Positions 19,574-29,330 of a DNA stretch of 64,000 bases are shown one piece after another. The stretch is from a virus (lineage: Duplodnaviria; Caudoviricetes). Position 1 is the first letter of the stretch. Each line of letters opens with the position of its first letter. The stretch covers positions 16,912-80,911 of IMG/VR virus record IMGVR_UViG_3300031992_000070; one strand, given 5' to 3'. The notes beneath the pieces were generated by a model that worked only from the letters and a program-made list of their open reading frames with translations, was not told where the DNA came from and did no database searches. The position numbers and the translations under genes are program-made.

Positions 19574-22500
19574 TTAACGCGCAGGTATGTTGCATACTCT
19601 TTCCTCCTCTATCGTAAATGTTCTCGACACTGTTACATACTGTCTATTAAGACATTCCTTTGCCTCACGCTTTGTGTTGAACCGACCAACACAATAAGAA
19701 CGGCTACCGCTGCGGTAATCGCAATGCGCCATAACCCTGTAAATCTTCTTTGCCATATAACTATAATTTATCAAAACACTTTCTTAATATATTCCTCTGC
19801 CGCTTCCATATTCTTTCGGTTGCCAGCAAGTCTTGAAGCATCACTCCACACATAATTAACAGGCTTGTATTTTGGAATGTCGTAACAACAAGCAATCTTA
19901 CCTAAGTCACCATTACATGTGTATCTGTATATGTTCAAATAGGAATAACAGTTGTCGTTCTCAGCAACAATCTTATATTTTTCACCGCCAATAAGAACAA
20001 CAGTCTCTGATGAATAACTTGGAGACTCGTTCCTTACTTTAATTTCAATTTCCTTTTTCATTTACTTTTTATTGTTTAAAGATTAATACTTATTTACTTA
20101 TTAAATTCTTTCATAGAGAAAAACTTCGCTACACATCATATCTCTGTATGTCATCCGATATTTGTCTGTACAGAATATTTCATCGTCAGTGTCATCTTCG
20201 CCGTCAATCGTGTAACCGTCTTTGACAGAACAGCGATTTATCATATACTCTATTACATTTTCATTTTCGCCAAACTCAATCAGTTTCTGTAACGTTTTCC
20301 ACTTTCTTTGCTTGAACTCGTCAAGTGTGGCTACCAATTTATACTCCATAATTAATAAACTTTGGTTTTGAAATAAGATATGTGAAAAGTTTTCTTTGTT
20401 TCTCCATCATTCCAATAGTCATCAACGATAGCATAGTGCATACCATCCTCAAAGAACTCGTCAACCTCAGACCATACAACATACGAATGTCTGTCGTTCT
20501 CGTCTGGCTTGTGAGTCTTGTAATAATTGAGGTGCTGTAAATAATTCTTTCGTGCATCACCTTCGTTCTTGTAAACATTAACACTGCTGGAGTTGTACCT
20601 GACAACCCAGACATAATCACCTTTCTGCACCATAGTTATTTTGTTTTATTAAGTTCTTTTACTAACGCATCTGCATACTCAACCGATGTCTTTGCAACAT
20701 CTTCTGCATTACCAAAATACGATTTCCCTGATAGTAGTGCCTGTCCAAACATAATTGCTGCAAGAGTTCTTGTGTCTAAGTTTTTAGAAATGTCGTTAAG
20801 CAAACTTGGAACACGACCCATGTACTGCATTTCAATTTGAGTCATAATATTCTATATTAATTAATTATATTTATTTAATTATTTTTATTATGCGCGTGCG
20901 CAATAAAGTATCACCCACAGATTCTATAATCATGGACTAATCTGTCTTCGCTATTGTAGTAGAGAATCAAACGATTGCCGTTATCATCCTCATCAAAGCA
21001 CCGCTTCATAATGTAGCTGCCATCATCACAGCCATCATCAATACAGTCATCGTACACATGTGGATTGCCAAGCGCATCTTCCGCCTTGTCAATATCTATG
21101 TCCATGCAGTTTTCGTAGATAAAATCTTCGTCGTATAACATAATTCCTATAAATTTAAGTAAGACATAATTTTAATATTGCTAATCCAATATGATTTCCA
21201 AATAGAGGGAAATAACACACCGCTTACATAAAGCATAAGGTCGTAGCACAAACCAGCAAGCGACCACCAACCGCCGCTGCAGGTAAGTACGACGGCTACA
21301 AACAGAGCCACCGTACAAACCAGATAATTAACAACGTTTTTCATATCAGTCAACGTATTGATAATAATAATCCATTGCCTTGTCGTGCTGCTTGTTGTCG
21401 CTGTCGAACCAATCGAAATACAAAGCCTGTACCATATAGAAAAGTTCGCTGTACATCTTGCCGTATTCGTTGTTGCCGCGAGCAGCATGTTCCCAAGACT
21501 TGAGGTTTATCACAAGTAGAATTTCAGCAAACCATTCAACATCATCACGCCAGTTGTCAAGCGCATTTTTCAATGTGTCAGCAATGGCAGACATACCCTC
21601 GACAGGTACACACCACTCAGCAATACTAAAGTCGCTGGTGTACGTGGTCTGACGTTTATAATCCTCCCGCAGATTCATCTCAAAGTTACGCTCACACCAT
21701 GCCCCGTATGTGAATGGGTCGCGGATATTGCGCTGAATTAACTCGCCGCCAATAGCGTCATACTTGTGCGCTTTTACAAAGTCGCACATCTCCTCAACTC
21801 TCTGTTTGTAATCACTCTGTGTCATAATTAATCCTCCGTTTTAAATATGTCTAATTTCCAAAAAATCTCTTCCTCATCATCAAAGTTCTCATAGAACCAA
21901 TCGTCTGACAAATTGTTGTCTGTTTCAAAATCATCTGCCAAATCTCTGATTCTGTCTACGATGGTGTTATTGGCCATACCAAGGTGACATCTGGATTTGC
22001 CCATAACATCTAAAGCCTTTTCAACTTCGTAGTATGGTATATCCCAATTCTCGTTGCAATACTTGATAAAGTCTTCCTTTTCCATAAGTTATTTATTCTC
22101 GTTAATCTTGTTGTTTATCCAACACAATGCGGTGTTGATGCCGTACAGATACTCCATAAACTCCTTGGTTGACTTTCTTTCGTCAAAACCAAAGTAAGAG
22201 CGAGTGCAACCACCGCTCGGCAATTTCTCATACATTGACCAGCCGCCATAGTGCGGGATGTAGTCGCATACAAAATTTCTCCCTGTTAGTTCGTTGAGGA
22301 ACTTAACCCTATCCTCAACCTGTTTCTTTGTGTACCTCATAACTTTAATTTAATTAATGATTAATACTATTTCTTTCGCATTTCACGCACCCATTTGCGA
22401 GTCTCTTTCAAGAGATTATCCCAGTCAACTGCTGTGTGATTGATAGCGCGATGGTGTACCGACTGGTCGTTTCTTTTTTCTTGATAGACCATGCGAATAT

Positions 22501-23206
22501 CCCAATCAGGTTCGTCAAGGTTATACAACTCAATCGGAGTAATGTCATTGAGTTTCTCGTCAAGAACCGAATAACAATGCAACTCCCAATCGCAATCTAC
22601 CGCTGCGTCAAAGTTATACCCACAGCACTGATAATGAATATTTACAATTCTACTCATAATTTAATCTCCTATGTTTTATTTATATCAAATTCTTATTAAG
22701 TTTAAAATTTCCCAGTCTTTATTATATGTTTTTATGATGGCTTTAAGAAAGTCCATGTAATTTGTTTTGCGCCTCTTGTAGAAGAACCATCCCGTCATAT
22801 CAAAGCCAAGTTCCGTCATTTTCAGAATATATTCGTCTTTGTTGTGGTCGATATATTTCCATTCAACTTTCTCAACGACTTCTATTTCGTGGGTTTGTCC
22901 GACAAACGTGTGTATAAATCTGTTATCTTCTTTAATCAGATTTACATCGTCAATAACCCATAGTTTTCTCCTCGCCGTAGAAACAACCTCGCCTACAACT
23001 GGTAATTTTGTCGAATCAAATTCACGGACACGTTCGTTTCCTGTGGCTTGATACCTTACGACACGTTCAGTACCAGCCTCATAAAAAAGGTCTTCATATT
23101 CCAACTCAACTGATTCAATTACCTGACCGTTCTCTGCATTTACAAATGTAATAAACGGACATCCGCATTCCTGTGGAGCATTGTAAATTGCAATAATCTT
23201 TTTCAT
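19574..23206 (-). CDS. Array of small early genes (19574-19774, 19771-20061, 20101-20349, 20352-20633, 20636-20845, 20911-21141, 21346-21825, 21828-22085, 22089-22340, 22367-22657, 22685-23206)
   Basis: Dense 66-173 aa ORFs with AT-rich spacers; several are strongly acidic. Confidence 0.7.
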
Positions 23207-23263
23207 AATCTTATTTTTTAATTAATACTAAATTCTGTTTATTGTTCGTGTCTTTTGAAAAAC

Positions 23264-23298
23264 GTCCCTCGGCAGTCACGTCACGACCACCAAGGGAC
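23264..23298 (-). terminator. Probable intrinsic terminator
   Basis: GTCCCTTGGTGGTC-GTGACGT-GACTGCCGAGGGAC hairpin followed by GTTTTT on the minus strand. Confidence 0.6.
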
Positions 23299-23331
23299 AT
23301 ACAAGTATTAATCAAAAAACACGCAAAATAG

Positions 23332-23385
23332 TGGGTGCAGCGGTCTCACTCCGCTTTGTCCGACTCGCTAGGTCGGTCAGCACCC
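23332..23385 (-). ncRNA. Minimal D-armless tRNA-like structure
   Basis: GGGTGC/GCACCC stem, CCGAC-CTAGCGA-GTCGG arm, AGCGG-AGTGAGA-CCGCT arm, 3' ACTA. Confidence 0.45.
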
Positions 23386-23408
23386 CGTGGCCGTGTTGAC
23401 AGTGAACA

Positions 23409-24212
23409 CTATGCCGCACCAGCCTCAATGTACGAGTTGATTGTTGTTGCCAAACTATCAATGCTCGTTCCGTACCGAACAATATCCGATGTGCTCAACA
23501 ATACACCCTTGATTCCAAATGTGTTCCTGATTTCCGTGCCAGACATAACCGAGCCATTATTTCTGAAATATTTGTCGCTTGCTCCGTGATGCCAGCGAAG
23601 AAAACACATACGACAGAATGCGCGGTTCGTAAGCGGAAATGCAATGTTCAGCAAGTTGAGCGGTGCGCGGCTATCCTTAATCTTAACAAAGAGTGCTGCG
23701 TAATTGTTGTTGCGCTCACAACCGCACATCGCGTATAGGTTACAACGAACGCCCGCACGCTCCGTTGCTGCAATCACATTCGCAATCTTTGCAGCAGCCT
23801 CGGCTAACTTATCAAGGTCTATACCATCCCAAATAGACGTATCGACATACACGTCGATGACTGGTTTCTTTGGATATTTCCTGTCAATTTTCAGCATAGT
23901 CTTTGGCACACCCCGCAAGAAATTTGGCACGCAAGGCACACAACCGACAACCGCACTTTCGAGGTTGGGTGCGCCCGTTCCACGTTTCTTTGCAATTATA
24001 TTTCCCTCTGCCTTAATCTTTGCAGCCGCTTCCGCATCGCCATTTTCCAAAAAGTTTATTGACTCTGGAAGTGTCGCGCCACACCAAGATTTCTGACGCG
24101 ACTCACTCCACTCTGATACACACTCCGATGTGCCTTTCCAGCATGCCCTCGGCTCTTTGTCGAGGGCTGCTGTAAATTCGGCTACTGAATTAAATCTTCC
24201 TATCGTTTCCAT
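23409..24212 (-). CDS. Putative VWA/CobT-like partner of the MoxR ATPase
   Basis: Directly downstream of the AAA gene; VIDVYVDTSIW...AERAGVRCNLYA...VKIKDS pattern like phage VWA partners. Confidence 0.6.
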   Translation of the reverse strand: METIGRFNSVAEFTAALDKEPRACWKGTSECVSEWSESRQKSWCGATLPESINFLENGDAEAAAKIKAEGNIIAKKRGTGAPNLESAVVGCVPCVPNFLRGVPKTMLKIDRKYPKKPVIDVYVDTSIWDGIDLDKLAEAAAKIANVIAATERAGVRCNLYAMCGCERNNNYAALFVKIKDSRAPLNLLNIAFPLTNRAFCRMCFLRWHHGASDKYFRNNGSVMSGTEIRNTFGIKGVLLSTSDIVRYGTSIDSLATTINSYIEAGAA

Positions 24213-24219
24213 AACTCAA

Positions 24220-25989
24220 TTACTTTACAAGTGACTTAAATGCCTTGTGGTACTTTGTAGTACCTTCGACTCTGTTTGCAATGATGCGGACATCCTGCTG
24301 TGACCAACCACCGCACAATCCGTATGTAAGACATTCCTTGTCTGACAACCCCATCTCCTGAAAAGCCTTGATAGCCTTGCTTGCGCGTGGACTTGCGGTG
24401 TACGTGAGGTCGGCAGCATCGAGAGCCTTGCGGACATCCTTCATAAATGCCACAAGTTCTTTGTCATCGCGAGCCATCTGCATATCCTGTTTGTCGGTGT
24501 AGTCGATTGCAACTGGCGTGTATCTATCGAGCGTAGACGCATCCAACTCAAATCTGGCGTGGTATTTCTTGTCACCACCCCAACCTGCCGTGTTGTCGGC
24601 TGCAATGATGTGGAAATCGGGGTGTGCTGTCAACATCCCGACCTTCGGGAAGTTGTACCAAAGGTTAGCAAGCATAGAGTTGAATGCCACCTGAACCTCT
24701 GCTGATGTCGTGGATGCCTCATCGAAGAGGAATATGCCACCCTCCTTGGCTGCCTTGTAGAACACCGTCTGAACCAACTCTCCCATAGCATCCGTATAGC
24801 CTTCCAACTCATATTTCTGCTGCAATGAACTAACGGAGTAGAACGGCAACCCAAGGTGGTCGGCAATCTGCTTGCACAATGTTGACTTACCTGAACCCGC
24901 TGGACCGAACAACCAAGGATAACGCCCAATGGCTCTATCGTTCACAACCATATTCAGAACCAGATTGAATAAAGGATGCAATGTTTCATCCTTTGCTTCC
25001 TTGACCGCCTTAATTTTGCGAGCCTTGACAGGGTCTGACTTTTCCAACTTGTCAAACTCGTCGCGGACAATCTTCCTGATTGCATCCTCATCAACGTCAC
25101 CACCCTTGCTCTTCGTGCGAGCCTGACGCAATGCCTCTGCAATCGCCTTGGCGGTCTCATCTATATTGTCATCATCCTCTTGAGGTGCGGCCTCATCCTC
25201 GGTCTCTTTCTCGGCTTTTTCAACACCCTTCTTGGATGCCGTGCGACCCGCGCCCTTTGCTGGTGCCTTCGGTGCTTCTGGCATTGGCTCGCCATCGCCA
25301 TCGCTCTCGCTCTCGGTAGACCCGCCATCGGTGCTCTCCGTACCACTAGAACCATTACCATCGCTCTTGGCATCGCTCTCGGTGTTTGCATCGGCATTTT
25401 CGTTGTTGCCGTTGCTGCTGCTTGACTTGTCACCCTTGTACTCATCATCTACAACCTCCACAGAGTAACCCTTCTTGATAAGCTTGGACATCACCCTCTT
25501 GAGCATATCGGCTGAGAAACTGATGCTACCGTCTACTCGAACGTCAATACCCGTTGCGTCGCTGACGAGGCTTGAATCCCCGTCGAACGTCACATAATCA
25601 TTACCATCCCTGACGAGGAAAATGGTGTTGCCGTCGAATGATTTTGAATGCGTCCACACAACGCGAGCGGAGTCTGGTGCCTGCTGCGGGTGCGGCATAT
25701 CACTCTTCGGTGCTTCCTGACGTGGTGCGCGTGCCTTGCGCTCCTGCTTACTCTCTCCTGCACCCTTGACGGGTACGATAAAGTTCCAACCATCCTCGGT
25801 GTCCAAGAGGTACTTCGTGTACGCACCAGCCTCCTCGTGGCCGATGACCTTGACGTGATACTTTTCGCACCACTTTACCTTGGGTTCTGACTTACTCAAA
25901 TAATACGCTGTGCCATTACGGAACACACCATTACTGATTTCAACTCTCTCCTGTGTAGCGATGTTTGCTACGACTAACTTGTTTGCCAT
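24220..25989 (-). CDS. MoxR/CbbQ-like AAA+ ATPase with a MutS-domain-I-like N-terminal region
   Basis: Walker A GPAGSGKST, Walker B FLFDE, AHPDFHIIAADNT, LDASTLDR; N-region IFLVRDGNDYVTF...SFSADMLKRVMSKLIKKGYSVEVVD. Confidence 0.85.
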   Translation of the reverse strand: MANKLVVANIATQERVEISNGVFRNGTAYYLSKSEPKVKWCEKYHVKVIGHEEAGAYTKYLLDTEDGWNFIVPVKGAGESKQERKARAPRQEAPKSDMPHPQQAPDSARVVWTHSKSFDGNTIFLVRDGNDYVTFDGDSSLVSDATGIDVRVDGSISFSADMLKRVMSKLIKKGYSVEVVDDEYKGDKSSSSNGNNENADANTESDAKSDGNGSSGTESTDGGSTESESDGDGEPMPEAPKAPAKGAGRTASKKGVEKAEKETEDEAAPQEDDDNIDETAKAIAEALRQARTKSKGGDVDEDAIRKIVRDEFDKLEKSDPVKARKIKAVKEAKDETLHPLFNLVLNMVVNDRAIGRYPWLFGPAGSGKSTLCKQIADHLGLPFYSVSSLQQKYELEGYTDAMGELVQTVFYKAAKEGGIFLFDEASTTSAEVQVAFNSMLANLWYNFPKVGMLTAHPDFHIIAADNTAGWGGDKKYHARFELDASTLDRYTPVAIDYTDKQDMQMARDDKELVAFMKDVRKALDAADLTYTASPRASKAIKAFQEMGLSDKECLTYGLCGGWSQQDVRIIANRVEGTTKYHKAFKSLVK

Positions 25990-26429
25990 AATTCTAAATG
26001 TTTTTTAAATTAATACTTATTACTTATTGAACTCGATTTCACTGATGCTTATATCCGCAATATCGTCTTGCGGATACTGACTGTTTGAAAGGTTTACGCA
26101 CGCATCCATTAACGCCTCGTCTACATTGTAACCCTCGCCTACCTGTGTAAAGGTCACACCTGTGACCAATAACACCTTAAAGAAATACTTTTTCATAACT
26201 CATTTGTTTTTTTTACTGATTAATACTTAACTTATAGATACAAGCGACGCAACCAAACATCGCGCCGCACAAAATTGTTCCTGCTAACATATTTACCCCT
26301 CCTGCATTAAAAGGTAAATACTCGCCATCAAATTGGCACGATAACACTCTGAATCCTCGACGCTGAATTTTTCGTCTGCTAAATAATACTCTTTCATTGC
26401 TTTGCTTTTGATTAATACTACTTTCCTGA

Positions 26430-26726
26430 TTAAACTCGCTTTGCCTTGCATACGCACGTAATACGGCTACCATCAAAACGTCTTGTCGTTATCATTGTGC
26501 CGCAAGTACCTGCCTTTTCCTTTGAAAAACTATTCTTAGCACGTTTTGGCGTTCGTACACCCTTGCAAGATGCAAAAATACCATCCGTTCCAAGCCGTTC
26601 CAAGTCACGCATACATAATGCGTAATTGCTTAAACGCTGTCGGTTCGGGCGGTGTTGATAGTGGTCGTTCCCACCCTTTGCTGCAATTGCGCCCAATTCT
26701 GGGCAAAGTTGTGCCAAAGTTGCCAT
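26430..26726 (-). CDS. Hypothetical protein (98 aa)
   Basis: ORF starts 24 nt downstream of the predicted hammerhead cleavage site. Confidence 0.6.
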   Translation of the reverse strand: MATLAQLCPELGAIAAKGGNDHYQHRPNRQRLSNYALCMRDLERLGTDGIFASCKGVRTPKRAKNSFSKEKAGTCGTMITTRRFDGSRITCVCKAKRV

Positions 26727-26740
26727 AGTTATATGCTTTT

Positions 26741-26825
26741 GATTAATACCGACACCCCACCGCCAAGCCGAGAAAGTGAGGTGTTTCGTCGCAATTTTCA
26801 GCGACTCATCGGGGTATCTTAAATC
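26741..26825 (-). ncRNA. Type I hammerhead ribozyme (U4C core variant)
   Basis: Stem I ATACC/GGTAT (plus GATT/AATC), core CCGATGA, stem II GTCGC/GCGAC, GAAA, stem III CACCTCAC/GTGGGGTG, GUC cleavage triplet at 26753-26751. Confidence 0.8.
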
Positions 26826-26831
26826 GTAGAT

Positions 26832-27473
26832 TTACTTTTTGAGAGCCTTGAACCAACGGCTATCCTTACGGATAACCTTTGTCCATTCGGGTTTCTGAGC
26901 CGTTCCACAATTGATGTAACCTTCGGTTAAAGCCTCGGCTTTGGCGATTGCTTTAGCAACCCTTGCCGTCCATTTGCCGTATTCGGCACACTGAGCCAAA
27001 CCATCGACAACTACATCCGTAGTTGGGGCAATGTGCTTTTTCTTGTCGAAGTTCTTGTCGGTTTCCGACAAGATAGTGCGCTTTTCGTAGACCGAAACTC
27101 TCGAATAGTCGCCACTCTCCTTGAGAGTGTAGAGGGTGTAGTCCTTGCCACCTACCTCTACGAGGTAAGCAACTGACTTGAACATCATCGGGTTGTTGTT
27201 CTCGTCAATAAGTCCAAAGGACTTACCAATGTTCTTGTCGAAGCAACCATACCAAGCCGTGAAGAAATCGGCTGCCTTAAGAGTTGCTAAACTCTTAACG
27301 TGAACACCGAGGACGTTCATTGCCTTAAGGCAAGCCTTACCCTGAGCATCGTTGATAGGCATTGTAAATGCCTTGGCGGTCTGGTTCCAAGTGTGGGCAA
27401 CACTCTTAAGAGTGTTCTTGGCGTTCTTGACGGTGTTGTTCTTGCGTGTGTTGTTACTTTTACGTGTTGTCAT
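26832..27473 (-). CDS. Hypothetical basic protein, first gene of the leftward arm (213 aa)
   Basis: Probable start MTTRKSNN at 27473; the longer track ORF runs through structured RNA. Confidence 0.7.
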   Translation of the reverse strand: MTTRKSNNTRKNNTVKNAKNTLKSVAHTWNQTAKAFTMPINDAQGKACLKAMNVLGVHVKSLATLKAADFFTAWYGCFDKNIGKSFGLIDENNNPMMFKSVAYLVEVGGKDYTLYTLKESGDYSRVSVYEKRTILSETDKNFDKKKHIAPTTDVVVDGLAQCAEYGKWTARVAKAIAKAEALTEGYINCGTAQKPEWTKVIRKDSRWFKALKK

Positions 27474-27539
27474 AAAATGCGGCTTAACCGATGTTGCCGT
27501 AGGGCTGAAATGATTAATACTCAAAAAACTTGTTTTTTG

Positions 27540-27800
27540 TGGACTTTCGGGAGTCGAACCCGAATCCAATATCGAAGATATTGCGATGTCCGCCACCAAC
27601 ATCATTGCCGCGATTTTCAATACTCCGTATTGAAGTGCTATCCGTAGAAGCCCTTGCCCCAAATTCATCAATGCTACGCATTGCCAAGTATGCCGCGAAT
27701 TTTGCCTTGGAGACTAATGCTACCTTGCATCAAACCAAAGGTTTGTCGGTATGTTCCTCCCGATTGGCTACTCTAAAGAGTAGTTGCTCAATCCAAGTCC
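27540..27800 (-). ncRNA. 261-nt RNA with tRNA/tmRNA-like termini
   Basis: 5' GGACTT pairs with 3' AAGTCC-A; T arm TCGGG-TTCGACT-CCCGA preceded by GGA, as in tmRNA 3' ends; internal perfect hairpins. Confidence 0.5.
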
Positions 27801-28039
27801 GCTTTTACGCCAACCCTTTTGGGGTTGCATCTTTGTGAGGTTTCCCTTAAAGGGAAAAATGCTTGTGGCTACCTCACGATGCCTTACTACTACGTAGTAA
27901 CTGGCGGCTCTCTCTCGATGCTTTGCATTTCCGTTTGACACCCCTTTTCCCCTAAAGGGGAAGTGTCGCACCGCTATCGGTTCGGTGGGTTGTTCAAAAT
28001 TTCAAAGAAATTTGGGTTGGCTATTCCCGTAGGTTGCTA

Positions 28040-28135
28040 TATCTTTGCCGTAGCGATTAGTGAACCATCAACATCTGACCGCTGTCGTTTGATGTTGACG
28101 ATGCAAAGGTCGGAAATATCTGGCAAACTACAAAT
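28040..28135. promoter_or_regulatory. Face-to-face sigma-A-type promoters
   Basis: Plus strand TATCTTTG at 28040-28047; minus strand GACCTTTG at 28104-28111 with upstream TTTG. Confidence 0.5.
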
Positions 28136-29330
28136 CATTTTAACAATTAATTTTTGTCTAAACAAGCAAAATCTTCGGAAAAGCCTTTAAATAAAGGAGT
28201 TTTAGGCAATCAAAAAGACTCTTTTTTATGTTAAATTCTAAATAATTTCGACTATAATGCTCTGAAACACCTTTAAACACTATACTTTCAAGCATTTCGT
28301 TAAAGTAAAAGTTTAAGGTATTATGATAAATAGATACCAAAAATAAGCGTTTTTAGTGAAAATATCTTTAGTAATCTTAATTTTTTTTGGAATAAATATA
28401 CCGCATAAATATTCATTTTTGTATTAGTGTAATAGTAAGATAGTACACTTAAAATTGTAAAGAAAAAGTCAATTTAGACAATTTCTAAATATAGAATTTT
28501 CTAAATAAGTATATATCTATAATATACTCTTTAAATAGATTATTTATTTAGATTATTTCTAAATAAGATAGTACTTTAATTATCTGATAGTTTAACTAAA
28601 GTATAGTATAGAAATAGAATATAATTATAAATAAGGCTAAAATAAACTTTAATAAAAAGCCGTAAATAATTGAATATCAATAAGATACGATAGATAATAA
28701 TACGTCAAAAATAGCAATAAATAACGAACGTTATATAAAAATATTTGAATATTACAAAATATTCGTAATTGTCTGAAAACCAATAAGGTACGCCAAAGTT
28801 ATTTGACTGAAATGTAAAGAAATAGTCGGGGGAGGGGGTTAATTCGCGCCCCAATGACAGGGTGCAAACGCCCCTGTTTTCAAAAAAAGAAAATTTTAAA
28901 AATAAAAAATTTAAAACGCGAAAAAAGAAAAAACGAAAATCTGAAACCGAAAAAGAAAAAAAACGCGAGAAAAAAATCTGAAAAAGTGGGAAAATCAAGA
29001 TTTAGTGTCTTGTGTGTTGGTGTATTATGTTGTTAGATTCGTTTTAAGGCACTTTTTAGGCTTTCTGGCGGGTTTTTACCTATTTACCTTATAACTTATC
29101 CACTTTGATGAAATTCGTGGCTTAGAACGGCTTAAAATGCGTTGTTGTTATTCTGGTATAAGAATTATTATGCTTTTGCGGTACGATAAAAAGGGTTATT
29201 GCGAAAGTTACGCGCGTGCGTATGTGTGTATATAATAAATATACTTATTTAATAAGGGTACTTTTCAATAAGTGTAGTGATTTAATTGCCTAAAAACTTG
29301 CATATTTCAATATTTTTTAGTACCTTTGCA
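28130..29330. other. Non-coding AT-rich strand-switch region; candidate genome terminus, pac site or origin
   Basis: No credible ORF; very AT-rich ~28200-28800; GGGGGAGGGGG at ~28828 followed by A-tracts ~28880-28990; genes diverge from here. Confidence 0.5.
29044..29142 (+). repeat. Dispersed imperfect-palindromic element, copy B
   Basis: AGGCTTTCTGGCG...TAACTTATCC...GCTTAGAACGGCTTAAAATGCG. Confidence 0.55.

Noticed and set aside
26832-27671. Long N-terminal extensions in the ORF track (26832-27671, 10880-11776, 39157-40005, 52599-54482, 18823-19479)
   Set aside because: The extensions run through promoters, structured RNA or neighbouring genes; downstream ATGs with A-rich leaders are more credible.
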